From Octopus vulgaris (Eukaryota), in assembly GCA_951406725.2 (NCBI GenBank), contig OX597828.1:33108001-33172000 (forward strand): a stretch of DNA of 64,000 nt. The letters run 5' to 3'. Under the pieces are notes generated by a model. It worked only from the letters and a program-made list of their open reading frames with translations. It was not told the DNA's origin and did no database searches. Below are positions 13,116 to 27,914 of this stretch, piece after piece. How positions within the stretch are numbered: the stretch's first letter is position 1; every line of letters starts with the position of its first letter. The translations under genes and the position numbers were made by a program.

Positions 13116-16100
13116 TCGCCCAAATATATATATGAGGGGCTTCAACACAGTTTCCATTTATGAAATCCGCTCACAAATCACTGATCGGTTCTAGGGCAAG
13201 GGGAAGAAATTTGACCAACTTACCACGTCGTTGTGCTGAATCCGAAACTACATGAATGCAAATCAAGTTTCTTTAAGAATATTATTTCAGTTAGTTTAAG
13301 TACGAATTACTCTTCTCACATTTGTTACAATGATATCATTATTGACAACATTGACTTGGCATTATGCCTTTCTACATCCCAATATACAGAAGGAACCTCC
13401 TCGTAACCTTTTGATTTGCTAGAAATAGTATCTAAGTTTCTTTGAATTTACAGCACGTCTTCTTACAAAAGTAATTATAAGATAATACTTCTCGAGTTCT
13501 TTGCGCATAACTTAAACACGGTTGGAATGTCTTTGATTTAAGGTCTGCTAGATGAGACCTAAAATGTCAATAATAAGAACAAAATCAACACCTATAATTA
13601 TGTGACTTGTGTCTACATAAAGAATATTTATTTCATTTGAAATATCTAGCATTTGAAATGCTAGAACACAGAATACCCTATGGTACTTAATTATAATCCG
13701 ATACCTTCTTAGTTCATATCCATAATCGTTAAAGTTCCACACACGTGCAATCCTCTACTAAATTTGTTCCCAACTAATTTGTTACTTTGTGCCAACGCTA
13801 AGAATCAATAGATCATTTGAAGGTAATTAATTCCAAACATTCATCATTTACTATTTTTGATTTTTGTTTTTCCTGATTTAATCATTTCTTTTTTTTTCTT
13901 TTTTTTTTTAGAGAGATTTCCTTTAAAGTTTGTCCTTTGGTTCAATAAAGTCAGCATATGAAGCCATGGTTCGTACGTTGAGTAAAACTAATAGGTATTT
14001 CCTTCTTAATTGGTCACATCAGGAGATCACAATTTATGCTATAACCTCAGTCCTTCCTGTCCTGACGAAGAATATCTTTTAGTTTTGAACACTCTTCCCT
14101 CATAGCATTTCCATTTCATACGTTTGGTATTCTGCGAATTACTTCAATTTCATCAAATGTCATTCTCCTTTTCGATAATTATATTACAAAATGTTACTTT
14201 TTTACCTTTTGTATAAAGTCAGTCGGTGTTGCTTTGATATTTCAGATTACTTAAATGTCATGCTGTTCTTTGACTCATATTTTCAGCTCAGGTATAGTGT
14301 TCATTAAAATTAATTCAATAGATCTAATTTGTTTCCTTCGCAATGCAAGTTTCTTAGATTTAATGAACTTTTTGATATTTTTTTCATTAACAAACCAGCA
14401 TGTTTAATTATACCCCCGTCGAAGTTTACTTCCATTCTACTACATATAATCATTTCAATTATTTCACCGCCACCCCGTTCGCTTCATTTTTGATGTTTTC
14501 TTTCACTCAGTCTCACCAAGGTGACCTTTACCACAATCTTCATACTGTTACTAGCAATTGAGATCATAAGATGGCTGAAGGGTTACGCTATGACACTCAA
14601 ATCTCAGCAAGGTGATAATGAGTTCGTATTCAGTAACATCCGTCTCAATTGAACACTCTCAATTTAAGGTTATAACCTTTTCTCTTCCACTTCATTTATT
14701 TCCTCTTCATATTTCCTCCTTTCTTTTTACTCATCTTCATCGTGATACTTGCCGCCATCTTTTTCATCATAATACTCTTATTTTACCTCTGTTAATACTT
14801 CTGTTAGCTAAAACATGATGAGTTTCTTAATATTTTTTTAGTTTGTAAAAATGCATATTATTCGTTATTAGCTGAACGTTGTGATTAGTTTAACAATTTA
14901 AATAGATAAAGTTTGTAATTTTGTTCAGTTTAATGTTTGGTAGATTTTAATTAAGATGGGGTAAATTACTTTACATGAGACTTCTAATATGAAGACTGAG
15001 CAACGAATGGAACTCTGTACAGACTCAGAACTTGACCAGAAATGTTTGTATACTGCAAGGCGTGTATCTAATCGTGGAACGTTTTTTATACTTTTATTGA
15101 CTGGGTCAATGAAAGATAGAGAAATTAAAGAGATTAGACAGTGGAAGCAGCAGGATGCATATGTGTCACCCTTCCGATGAAAACCATTCGCTTGATCGGG
15201 TGAGGAAAAATAAATTATGTAACATCCAGAGAACGCTTGTGGTTTTCGATTTTTGATATGTTTTGTTAGCCAACTTCTGATGTGTGCTTGCAGTCAGTTA
15301 TTGATGTGTTTCAGTAATCCGTTTATGCTGTACTTAAGGTCAATTTCTGACTTGTTTTAGTGGATAAAACTTTGGAAGAGCTGGTGGTTACTTTCTTGTG
15401 TATTTTCATGGTACTATTTCTGTTGTGTGTTTGTGTTCAAGTTTTCATTTGTTTTTGGTGGTCAGTTTCTGATCCAAGAAAATAATGGAAAACCTCTATC
15501 CTTGTTAATGCTAACACTTTTGCTCTCTTATACATTACAAATAAGCAGATCTCTGTTCAAAGGATAAATCAATATTCTCTGTGAGGTCAAACTTGCCTTT
15601 TATACTTATATGATCGATAAAATAGCAAGTATATCGCCTTTCTTGCAGAAATGTATGTCCATGTGGCAATGTCAGAACTCACATATCTGCTGCAGAAACC
15701 ATCAATTTGTCAACAAGAAACGCCAAAACTGTGCATTGTTATTATCGATAACAAATCTTTATATTCCAGACCAAATTTTGAATATTCATAATTCTTAGAA
15801 AACTTAACTGTTTCGACATCCTTTGGAGTTATTCCTAAAACTGACGATTGATCAACATCGAAATGTTTAAAGTACAATGGTGTCACCTCACAATCACCTG
15901 GGTAAAGCACAAATATATCAACCTGTTATCGGTTGTACACAGGCTCACGATTTAAAGCGCGCGCATATCAGTTTCTGGTAATTTATGACACATTTAAACT
16001 GGTAGGAAAATTTCAAGGGATAGCAACAAAAGTTTACACATTTAATTAAATCTGGAATAAAAGAGAATAGTAAACTGGAAACCTAAAAATATTGGAGAAT

Positions 16101-17329
16101 GATTTCGAATTAGACTTTAATAAATAATACCCCACTTGAGTGGCTTTCGGATTGAAAACAAGTAGGGAAAATAACGGAGAAGGATAGTGTGCGCTTGACA
16201 ATGATATTAATAAGGTGGCTAAACTTGAAGGAGCATTTTTCTTTCCTCCATAGATTCTCACATGTGGTAAAACGTAAATATACTTATCGCAAGGCAGTTC
16301 AATTTCTTCCATTCCGCTGAAAAATAATGACTAAAAGACATCATTTTTTAGGTTTGTACGCAGACAGGTAAGTTAAATGTTGTGCACTTTCCGGTAAAAC
16401 ATTTTTAAGTCAAGCAGTTAAGAAGACCTGAGTATTGCTGGGTGTTTCTAAGTATTAGGAGCTCAAGAATGTTAGATTTCCAGAGCATTATGGGGAATTT
16501 AAACTGCAACCGAGTTACTCTCCCCAACCTTGGTTGGAAGTATATGAGAGGAAAATAGCTAAATTTTCAAGGAGATGATAAATTTCAAATCATAAACGAT
16601 TGGTTTAGATTTCTGCCATCATTCACTATATTTTATTCTAGAGAGAGTAACTATAGAAGTTTCCTATACATTTGTTTCCATAGGTGGGGTTAAAATCTGA
16701 AGAGTTGATTCAATACTTTTTCGTTTCAATGAAACTAAAAGAAATATCTTTTTTTATCGTCATTCCATATTTAACTGAAATATTAATAATCAACTACTAT
16801 TTGCCCAGTAGTTTTCTAGATTCATAAAAAAATATTATCATTCATGCGCCTCCATTTTTCCTGCTAATCCACTCTTTTCAAAGGCAACCTTTTTTACAGC
16901 TCCAAATACATATATTATTATTGAGACACAATTCAAAAAGTATAAAGAGTAAAAAAATATTGAATTTTTACCAAAACATCTGACCTATGTTAACAGGTTA
17001 ATTTTACCAAACGACAAAAGTAAATTATATGAAAATGCTATTTACGAACCTAAGAGAAAGAGAAAAATCTCAGTAAGATAACGGCTACCTACGTGCTTTA
17101 AATGCAAATAGGGAGCAAACATTGCAAAGATGCATTATTGTTTCTTTTACTAATACTGAAACGACTGGCATAATGAAAGAAACCTTCTGTCACAAACCAC
17201 ATACGTAGGTTAATCATAAGTCGAAAGGCTAATTCTGCAAGATTCCATCATTTCACAATGAAAGTACAACATCAAAATGTGTATGACCCAAGTTATGTAG
17301 AAATCTGCCAACACAAATACGTGTGCGTA

Positions 17330-17913
17330 TGTACATATATATATATACATACATACCTGCATATATACATACATATATACATACATGCATGCATACATAC
17401 ATACATACATACATACATACATACATACATACATACATACATACATACCTATATACATACATAAGATAAAGCATACAAATCTGCATTTATACATACACAC
17501 AAAAATACCCTGCTCTTGACGTTGAATTCCAATGAAGGACCATCGATCTAGGTTAGAAACCGGTTCTTACTCTATTAGCTAGAAATCTTGAAATAAACTG
17601 ATTAATGACATACATACACACATGCAAACATACATACAAACATACATGAAAACATACATACATACATGCATGCATACATACACACATACATACACACATA
17701 CATACATACATACATAGATGCATTCATACATACATACATACATGCAAACATACATACATACATACATGCAAACATACATATATACATGCATGCAAACATA
17801 CATATATACAAACACCCATACGTACATACACACATACATACACAAATAGATACATACATACATACATACATACATACATACATACATACATACATGCATA
17901 CATACATACATAC
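17330..17913. repeat. (CATA)n microsatellite tracts with a ~105-bp unique insert at 17500-17607
   Basis: Direct reading of sequence. Confidence 0.9.
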
Positions 17914-18289
17914 ACTTCCTCTGTGTTTGTTTCTTGCTCTATTAAGTGAGATTTAATCAAGTCTGTGCAAGTGACTATGATCTTGGAAAAAAAGCAGATC
18001 ATATACTTCTTCTGAGTTGGTTACATTATAATGTGATTCGCTAAATCTACAAGTGTTTAAAGATATTTTGAAACTAAAACCGTTGCATGGGCGTCTCCAT
18101 ATATTTGATTTCCACAATTACATCAAAACCTCTTTCAAATGTGGCAGACATTTGAAAGAACTCAATAAAATAATACCTTCAGTGAGCTAGGATCTTAAAA
18201 AGTGAGCTAAATACACTAAAAGGAAGCAACTAGCATCCTAGCAACCGGAGAAGAATATTATGGCTTCAAAGATATGAATTAGAATACTC

Positions 18290-18600
18290 GTATTTTAATT
18301 TCCGCCACGAGCTCCAATGATTCTTGTTGTGTGATGGTTTGTAAGCTTCAATGACGCTGAGATCTGCATCTGATCAGAGAGTAGAAGCCAGAAAAGCATG
18401 AATCAGCTCTTGCTGGAGATAAAAATGACTTCTGTGGAGTCCAACAGCCTTCATTAGATAATTAAAAAATGTTACAGACGCATTGGTGGCAATTCAAAGA
18501 CAATAAGACCTGAGACAAGACAGTTCAGAATCGAGGGACGTGGAGAAAAAAATTAAGATGGCTAACGCTTCATACGAAGTGTAGTACTTAAAATGATTTG
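18290..18600 (+). mobile_element. Possible highly decayed RTE-like LINE 3' end
   Basis: SLDN*K...DKTVQNRGTWRKK resembles the RTE C-terminal W.DNIK...AQNR..WR motif. Confidence 0.35.
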
Positions 18601-18689
18601 TTACATTGGTAGAAAGTCTTAAGAAATGAACAAAAGCAAGAGAACGAATAAACAAAATTTAAGTACATTACATATGTTGCATATGTGCA

Positions 18690-18749
18690 TATATATATGT
18701 GTGTGTGTATGTATATGCATGTACGTATGTATGTATGTATGTATGTATG

Positions 18750-18783
<34 letters not shown>

Positions 18784-18826
18784 TGGATGGATGGATGGAT
18801 GGATAGATGGATGGATGGATGGATGT
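18690..18826. repeat. (TATG)n/(TGGA)n microsatellite
   Basis: Direct reading of sequence. Confidence 0.9.
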
Positions 18827-19384
18827 GTCTGTAAGTAGGATAGAGCTAAATGTTTTGTGCAGCATTAAATGGCCTATAACACCGGGCTGGTTGGGTTAAA
18901 CAGTTGAGGAATTACATCGAACAAAGATGTTTATTCAAACCATGAGCGTGTGATTTGTACAATCCTTTTAAAGGAAAACCCCTTGTTTTCGACATAGAAA
19001 TTGTGCGCAAAACACATTTATAAACTATTTCATCCGTATTTTATGAGAGGAAATAAATGATCTACTGAGTTAAAATGATGTATGTGAATAAAATAGCAGT
19101 TTTAATAACTACGATGCTTTTGAAAATACTAAATTAAATAGCTATTCAATAGATGAACAGCTATTTTCTGGAAAATACAGCCTAGCTAATGCTCTGGCGT
19201 TCAAAATGGCACTTCACCATTTATTTAGCGCTACGCATGAAGAACTTAGTTCTTCGTACGATGCTGTATGTTATAGAGAATGAGAATACAGAATAAGTTT
19301 AATGCACTCATTCGGATGAAGAGTACTTTACAAAAATATGATAATAATTGTAGGAAAATAATGGGAATTTTTTGTGACTATGTA

Positions 19385-19745
19385 TTTTGCTCTGCAACAA
19401 CGTGAGGTTGGGTTCGTTCCCAATACGTTGCACTTGGGACAAGCACCTTTAACTACGTGCCGGGTGGATCAATCTCTTGTTATTGGTTTTGGTAGATAGA
19501 AACTATATGGAATCTAGTCGCTTATATGTGCGTGTATCATTCTGCTGTCACGCGAAACACCGCTTGACAAGGAGTATTGCTTTGTTTACGCCTAAATAGC
19601 TTAGCGCTTCGGCGAAAGTGATCAATGAAGTATGCATTAGACTTAAAATAATAAATACTGTGGACGATTTGTCCGATAACTCACTGAAGGCGGTGCCCCA
19701 GCTTGGCCACAGTCCAATGACTGAAAGAGGCAAAAGATGAAATGA
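19385..19745 (+). mobile_element. SINE family A, old degraded copy
   Basis: aaggcggtgccccagcttggccacagtccaatgactgaaa tail and degenerate head. Confidence 0.65.
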
Positions 19746-22700
19746 AAATACACCATTATGTAGTTGATGAGATTTCAGCTGCAATTTGAGAAATTGTGTG
19801 CGAAGAAGAATGACGTAAAAACAGGCATTTTCATGGCCAACCTGAAACATTGTTTTATAACTTACGGCATAAAAGGCAAAGGGATGTAAAATATCTTTAA
19901 CAATACCTCAGAGAAGGGAAATACTGAGCAGCAGCAGTATTAATGGGAAATTGTTGAATGTAGTGTTATGCGCTGCAAATTGCATTTTTCTATAACATTC
20001 TTTTTTAGCCACTATCTTAGTTAGTGTATGCGCGAACTAGGTGCCAATTAAGAATATTCCCAGAAGTGACAGTCGAAAATTTCAGGCACTATTGATGGCA
20101 TGTACAGACAAGTAGCAGATAATGAATAAGAGTAAGACTGTAACTTGTGAATTACAGGGTTTTAACCGAAACGTTAGGGTTTATTTGGATCCTATTAACA
20201 TCAGGCACTCTGTCTTCAAAGCTTTTATTCGTTTTGTAGATCTTATTACAAAATAAATGTATAATTCTTTATTGTTAATCCAATATCCATCAACGTGGTT
20301 GAATTGAGAGATCTTTGGACCAAATAACGTGTTATATTTAGTTACGTTCCTTTACATACCGTTTTCAAATCTCGTGAAGATTTAATTTCCTTTCATATCT
20401 TCAGAGCCGAGAAAATAAGAACCAGTTAAGTTCTGGAATTGATTACACCGGCTACGTACAAACCTGAGAAATAATGGCTTTTTGCCAAATGTAGACATCA
20501 TTATTAAAGCAGCGGAATGGAAGAAATTGAACAGGCTTAGATAAGTATATTTAAGTTTTATTTACAGCTCTTCTCTTCAGAGTTAACATCCCTCCTGGTT
20601 CGGTAAAATAATTACCAGTAATACACAACGTTATTTACATCGACTACATCTCCTTCACTATAATTTCCAACCCTTAATGTAAAATGTTATTATTATTGTA
20701 ACTCGATGTTGCTGTGGATCTAGTGTATTAATGGCTCTGTTGATGGGAGTTAATTATATTATGATATTCCATCAGTTGAAGTTGTCTGTTCCTGGGAGAC
20801 TCCATCATTGAAGCCAATGAGCTGGCGATACTACTTCTATATATATCGTCGGCCTTCATGCGAAAATGCGATTAGAGTTGGACACTACAACATGGAAATG
20901 TTTCATCTATCGGTTGATAAATGTTTTGTGTCAGTGGACGGAGTAGAGACAGCGAGCTGTATGAAGAAATGCCATGTTAAGACTGTAACTTGTAAATATT
21001 GTCTGTCAACAAGAGCTGTAAGAAATGACAATATCACTTGGTAGTTAAGTATATTAGAACGCATTCAACTGCATAAAACTAATAACAATATTTGCGCATT
21101 TCTTCATATTCTGTGAGGCATGTACGTATTTGTTTACCATTCCGTGAAATAAGGTTAATTTCCTGGCTGATTCATCATAGATTGCTACATAACTCTGGAG
21201 AGCTTGTCTCCTATTAAACCATTCACCTAGAACATCTAAATTATATTTGGTGTGACTAGAAAACCATTTCAGCTATCTTTGGTCTTTGCTAGTCGCGTTT
21301 GTGTTAAATAGCTTACGAAGCAATGAGCCATAAGCTTCACTAGGAAAGAACATTTTGGAATCATTAACAGTAAATATATTTGCCAGTTTAATCTGAAACT
21401 ATTTGTATTCTACTTACTTTCTATTTCCATTGAAATATATATACTCTAATGCAGGCGAGTTATCATCATTAACTGAAATGGTTATTTCATATAAATTTCA
21501 CTTATTTTGAAACCAAAATTCATTCAAAGTTTTTTTTTTCTTTCTATCTTTTTCTCCTAATGTTTTTGTCTCTACAAACGAATAATATGTCAAATTACTA
21601 TATCATCACCAAAAATGATTATTTCAATTTACAGAATGAGATCATGTATGGATATTACGAAACACTCTTTGCAATGATGCTGCAAAAAGATATCACAATA
21701 CTTCTTTCTTCTTAACTTCTCCTTTAAATCATCGATTATTGTAATTGAATTTGATGTATTTCTTACTGCGGTTATAAAATTAGGCTTCGGTTCATTTAGC
21801 TATAAATGCCACTTTTAGAAAATATTTTATTGTATTGTCTATTGTATCCTTCAAAATATCAGCCATAGAATAATACATCTACCTCTGACTATCTTTCCTC
21901 CATTTACTGATTTTATTAAGATTCAATATGAGATATCATGGCGTATATAACGGTCAAAGTAAAACTGAAATGCCAATACGTTTTAGCAACACATTTCAGC
22001 GCAACGCATTCATTTATCAATTTCCTGTGACTGAAGACAGCAAACGTTTAGTGTATTGATAATGCGGTGGCGAGTCTGCTGTATTAATGAGGTTTCTTAA
22101 TTAAATTTAATTTCACTACCAACTTTCAGCGCTGATACTGGCATAGTTCGCCTGGTATGGTCAACCCAGCGAAGCAAACATGGAGCTAAGGGGTTTAAGT
22201 AATTAATGTTTTATAAAATTAGATAGTTTGAAGAATCACTCAAACCACGTCTTCCCCTTGCTATCAACCAAAGTATCTTTTACATCCTTAGTCATCTCTT
22301 TCTTGCATTCTCTTTCACTTGCTCTATCACTCTCTCTCTCATTTCCTCTCTCTCTCCCTATCTCTCTTTCCCTCTCTTTCTCTCTTATTTTATTTGTTCT
22401 CCTTCACTCACGTGCTCTCGGTTATTAACAGATAAGCGCAATATTCTGTGGAATGTTTCAACGCTGGATATTAAAACAGATCTATAAATTAACGAACCAC
22501 CGTGTATGCCCCATCAACCATGATTGACATTTAGAGTAATGATGATATGGAACAGTGAAATAAGAGAATCTTTTCTAAAGATACGGAATACTTTAAAGAT
22601 ACGAGCCATGGGAGGCTCTTCATTTGGTGAGACGTAAGACGATAGATCTGTCTATAAGTAACAAGATGTCTTGAAACTCATTAGGATACTGCTACACAGT

Positions 22701-23244
22701 CATCAAAACTGACAGAAATTGCAATTAGATCAACCTCATAGACACTGTACATGATTTAAAATGGAAATACACAATGCACAATATGGTTCTAAGTACACAA
22801 TATCCGTCGGGAGAAGCTCAGGGGAAGGAATGCTCCTGAATAGAACATGATCGCGTTTCTTCGTTCAGGTACTTAAATGCTGAAAAACTTAGACATTCTA
22901 TTTTCACTAACGAATCAATTCAGCACAATTATACTATTGGTATTTATACTATAAGTATCCGTACATAAATCACTAGCCTATTGATTAAAAACGTGGCTGC
23001 CATTAGTTTAAAATACACGCTCTTAGTTCGAATCCATTCCAAAATACAACATAAAATAATAAGACACCTGATAACGACCGATGTAGTGTAAGTGAAAACA
23101 TGAACAAATGTTTTCACGTGTAAGTAATCGTATTCACAGTAAAGTCTCCCTCTAATCTAAGAATTTAATCAATTTAATAGTTCCCTAACAAAACACAGTA
23201 AACATATTTCATGAACGGGAAATAAAAGTGTATCTATAAATCGT

Positions 23245-23285
<41 letters not shown>

Positions 23286-23498
23286 ATGTGTGTGTGTGTG
23301 TGTGTGTGTGTGTGAGTGCGTGCGTGTGTGCGTTCATTGTTTAGCTTGTGTAGTTTGTATTTCGTTTTTGCAATGTCCTCAAAGTGCCTAAAGGGGATTA
23401 ACCGATATTATTGCCAGGAACGTGACAAAAGCAGATTCCAAAATTATAAATTTTGGCAATGCACTATAATATTAATGATAATAATAATAATAATAAAA

Positions 23499-23548
<50 letters not shown>

Positions 23549-24086
23549 CATTATTATTATTATTACTTTCTTTTTTTTCCAATGATAATAATTTCTAAAA
23601 TTGGCAGGAGGCCATAAATTTTGAAGGCGTGTATAATCGATGAAATCGACCCCAGTGTTTTAATGGATGCTGTTACTCCGGCAATATTGAATGAATAATA
23701 AAAATCCACCGCGGCATGATTTGAATATAGACTTTAAATAGGCGTCACAACAAACCACTCTGCATTTTTGTCCACCGATTTACCATTTTTTTAATTAAAA
23801 GAGCAATAAAACCTTGCTTCCATTATTGCCAGGGAGTTTTGAAACATGTAATCAGAACGTTATCCATAGGGGTTTAAATCTTAGTGATTGCCGAAAGACA
23901 TTACAGAAAAACAAGAACTGGATAAAGGTATTGCATAATATAAAAGGCTGTTAATACTTTCATATACACTTAACATGCATAATTAATATATGTAATGGAA
24001 TGCACAATAATTAAAACAGATACTTTTTTTTTTAAGTTTCAAAGCAAATTTTTAAGTATCACAGCAAATAGGCGAGAACCCACTAG

Positions 24087-24774
24087 TTAGGGAAAGTCAG
24101 AAGGACATACATATATGCCATACTGATTGTTTAGTTCCAAACGGTCCTGTGAGAAATTTAAGCACTGTGATAGGCATAAAGAGGATCCACATTCTGCTGA
24201 AAGCTCAGATACATTCCCCAATAAAAAGTTGATTACGTTTTCGTAGTCATCTGCAATGAAAATATTATCGCTACAGAATGTTCTTTGTTCTGCGTTGAAT
24301 ATTTTTTTTCTAAAGCAAATATCTTCTCGATTCCGATTTCCTTCAGAAAGTCCATTAGTTCCTCGTTGGAGAAATTCGATAACGAGAACTTCATGTTTCT
24401 CGAAGTAGTGGAGTAAGCTTCTCAGTTTGGGTTCCTTCCAATAATGAATCGAAACCCCGCTCACTTTATTCGTATGTCTTCTGTAAGTAATTTATTTTTT
24501 CGAGTTCAGTTTTGCATCCATAACACTGTGACCGACAGTTGGTCTCTTCAGTTCCTTTGAGTGTCAATGCTACTTGTGACAGGAATAGTAGACCTTTTGT
24601 CTTCGGCATTTCATCCTGATAACTCAAAGCGAAATTTTCGGCTACCCCCGGAATTGCAACCGACCGCTGAGGATACTGAAACGTAAGGTTCCAATATCGG
24701 TTATTATTGGTGCTACTGGTGCTCATGCTATTTCTGAACTTCTCGACTTTGTCGGTGAAGAAATTCTTATACAT
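24087..24774 (-). pseudogene. Possible decayed ORF1 (gag-like) of an I/Jockey-group LINE
   Basis: Joining frames gives LSNFSNEELMDFLKEIGIEKIFALEKK...AIIF followed by SSLCLSQCLNFSQDRLEL, resembling ORF1 SEEEI..ELK..GV..V.R / PLRC..CQ.FGH....C; frameshifted. Confidence 0.4.
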
Positions 24775-25133
24775 TTATTGTAATGTGGACCGGCAGTAAG
24801 GCATTTGGTATTGAATGGCCAGTCAAAAATATGAAATCTATGCCATTTCTCACTATATTTTAGCCACTACAGACCACGCCTAACGCTTACGTCACCCATC
24901 TTGCACTGACGTCATCCACACTTGTTAAACACATTCACGAACACAGCGCATTCTCTGCACAATCGCCGTATGACATAAAAAAAACACATAATAATAGCCA
25001 AGAATACAAAATAACACAGATCATATTTAAATAGATATGTACATGCGAATTGGAAAATTATCTTCATAATCTCTTTCCTCATAATAAGAACAACTCATTC
25101 TTATCATTATTATTACTATTATTATCATTATCA

Positions 25134-25167
<34 letters not shown>

Positions 25168-25185
25168 GTTATTATTATTATTATT

Positions 25186-25739
25186 GAGTGAGAGAGCAGT
25201 TCATGCCATCAAAGTGACACTGGGGTATAATATACGAAGCCCAAAATACCCATCATGACTACCCGTCTGATAAGGGTACACCAGGCACATGCATCACAAC
25301 CATATGTGCGCGACATGGTGATCTCATATCAAGATAAACAGCACATGACCTTGCAGGTGGGGCCCAGTTAGAATTTTCTTCAGGTTGAGTAGCCCATCCC
25401 GCTCAAACGGTCCCTGAATAAGGGTTGTTTAAGGATGTTGAAAGAACCACCCATGTTTCCAGAGGTGAACTATTCAAACCCCAAAGAATCCTTCTCAACA
25501 CATGGCTATGATGCTCCCCCACTACTTCTGCTCGTGATCAGAGATGCACATATCGTCAGCCACTAAGGGACATGCTCAACTGGTTAAGGTCAAACAACTG
25601 ACAAGCAAATCTGTGGTATTGAGCAGAATATTTGCTGTAGCCCATCTTTTATACCAAGACAAAACAATGTACATGATAACACCTCCAATCAGTTAAGATC
25701 AGAAGCCATGAGAGCCACTGCCTGGTACTGCATCAGGGC
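25186..25739. mobile_element. ~555-bp non-coding interspersed element embedded in (TAA)n, copy 2
   Basis: Same sequence and termini as 5705-6249; (TAT)n at 25100-25185 and 25740-26030. Confidence 0.85.
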
Positions 25740-25817
<78 letters not shown>

Positions 25818-25828
25818 TATTATTGTTG

Positions 25829-25902
<74 letters not shown>

Positions 25903-25940
25903 GTTATTATTATTACTATTATTATTATTATTATTATTAT

Positions 25941-25982
<42 letters not shown>

Positions 25983-25990
25983 ATCATCAT

Positions 25991-26021
<31 letters not shown>

Positions 26022-26030
26022 CATTATTAC

Positions 26031-27000
26031 TCAGTGGTCTTATCTTTTTCACGTGCTTTCATTGCACAACCGAGCGCAGTTGTGTGTGCCTTGGGTATAT
26101 GCTGTGGTTTGTGGTGATGCTCTTAGTTTCACTGTATTGAAAAAGCTTTACGTTGGATGTATGCGATGCCTAATAGTACTATCCTCTGTTTGTTATGTAT
26201 ACTTGTAAGTCCTGGTGTTTTGGTTATGTATGTGTCTTAATACTTTTTCATCATACCTAATGCACCTTTTATTATAGGACTTGTTTATGTTTTTAAGCTC
26301 CACATTCGACTCACCTTTATTTCCAGATTTATGTGTTTTGAAAATGTCTCCGTTTTTTTTGTTTTTTTTTTTTAGAGAAACATTGTCATCTGATGGTATT
26401 AAGATATCGATTAGTAAGCATATTTTTCTTCGTGATCTCTAACATCTTCATCTGGCCTGTTGGCGGATGAAGTGTGTATTAGCACTCTATTTGTGTGTAT
26501 TAGCATATCCCATAGTATGGTTGTTTTCTCATTTTCTGTGACCTTTTCTGGCATGTGCCTATACCATCTTTTTTCTGTTGTTTCTCCAGTGTTTACATAA
26601 CTTTCAGTGTATAAAGGTCCCAACTTTGTCATGTCTGTGAATATATTACTTCTTAGCCAGAACTGGGCAGCCAGAGATTATATAATTTATTGTTTCTTCT
26701 CCATCACCATATATTTTTTAGTTACTTGTGTTTCTCTTTCATAATATGTTTTGGGTGATTTCTGGTGCGGAGATTTTGATCTAGGGCTGGAATTAAAATC
26801 TATCAGTCTCTGCTTTGACTACTGAGCTTCTCATCCATTGTTGAGATTATATTTGCCTATCTTTTTCAGTTTAGCCGAGCCCAATATTTGCCATGATGCG
26901 GCTTTTCTTACTATCGTTTTACCATGATCCGTTAGCTTGGATTTCAGTTGCTTTAGAGCCTTTGTTGTTTCTTCTTTTTCTTCATAGTTGTTCTGAATAT
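26031..27000 (-). mobile_element. R4/Dong-clade retrotransposon 3' fragment, copy 2 (more decayed)
   Basis: TTEKRWYRHMPEKVTENEKTTILWDMLIHT...ANRPD (ORF 26411-26632); colinear with 4494-5519 and shares the 3' end tcagt at (TAA)n. Confidence 0.88.
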
Positions 27001-27083
27001 CCTCAGATATTTATATCCATTAGTCTCAATATCTTTGATTTTCTCGCCGATTTTCTAAGCCCAATATTTGCCATCGTTTTATC

Positions 27084-27086
<3 letters not shown>

Positions 27087-27133
<47 letters not shown>

Positions 27134-27134
27134 C

Positions 27135-27205
<71 letters not shown>

Positions 27206-27263
27206 CATACATACATACATACATACATACATACATACATACATGCATACATGCATACATATA
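27087..27263. repeat. (TA)n/(CATA)n microsatellite
   Basis: Direct reading of sequence. Confidence 0.9.
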
Positions 27264-27374
27264 TTTGTTTTGTTTTGAGAATATATCTCCCTACGTTACT
27301 TAGTTTATGAGGGCTCGTTGCTTTATCCATATATTTATCTTGGTTATTTTTATTCCAAGTTTTATATGTATATT

Positions 27375-27674
27375 AGAGGTATAGAAAAAGTTGCAAAGTA
27401 TCAGGAGCTAGCTATTGAATTACAGAAACTATAGAATGTGCAGGTAAAATTTATCCCAGTAGTTATAGGTGTTTTGGGAACTACTCCTAAACATATGAAC
27501 AAGTGAATAGAGGAAATAGGCATAAAACCCAATTTAGTACAACTCCAAAAACCATTGTTATTAGGGACAGCTAGGAGGGTCCTTGGCATCTAAAGTTATT
27601 GTTGAAACTCGATGTTAGGATTTTTTTTTCTTTTCCAAAAGTCTAATCTGTTGAGTGTATATGAAAATAATAAT

Positions 27675-27745
<71 letters not shown>

Positions 27746-27750
27746 TGATG

Positions 27751-27781
<31 letters not shown>

Positions 27782-27830
27782 TTAATAATAATAATAATAA
27801 TAATAATGATTAATAATGATTATAATAATT
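27375..27830 (+). mobile_element. R4/Dong-like extreme 3' fragment (different subfamily) with (TAA)n tail
   Basis: EKVAKYQELAIELQKL*NVQVKFIPVVIGVLGTTPK...LQKPLLLGTARRVLGI*, then (AAT)n from ~27665. Confidence 0.75.
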
Positions 27831-27914
27831 CTTTGTACGATATGGTCAAAGCCCAAAGAGGATGCCGGTTACATCAGCTTCAATGCTCATTTGGTGCTTA
27901 TCAATATATATTTC

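Noticed and set aside
13550-14420. Decayed LINE endonuclease (ILRQDRKD*G)
   Set aside because: Only one short motif; boundaries cannot be supported
17500-17607. Hammerhead-like caatgaag...gaaaccggtt insert in (CATA)n
   Set aside because: The CUGANGA core and stem I are not intact
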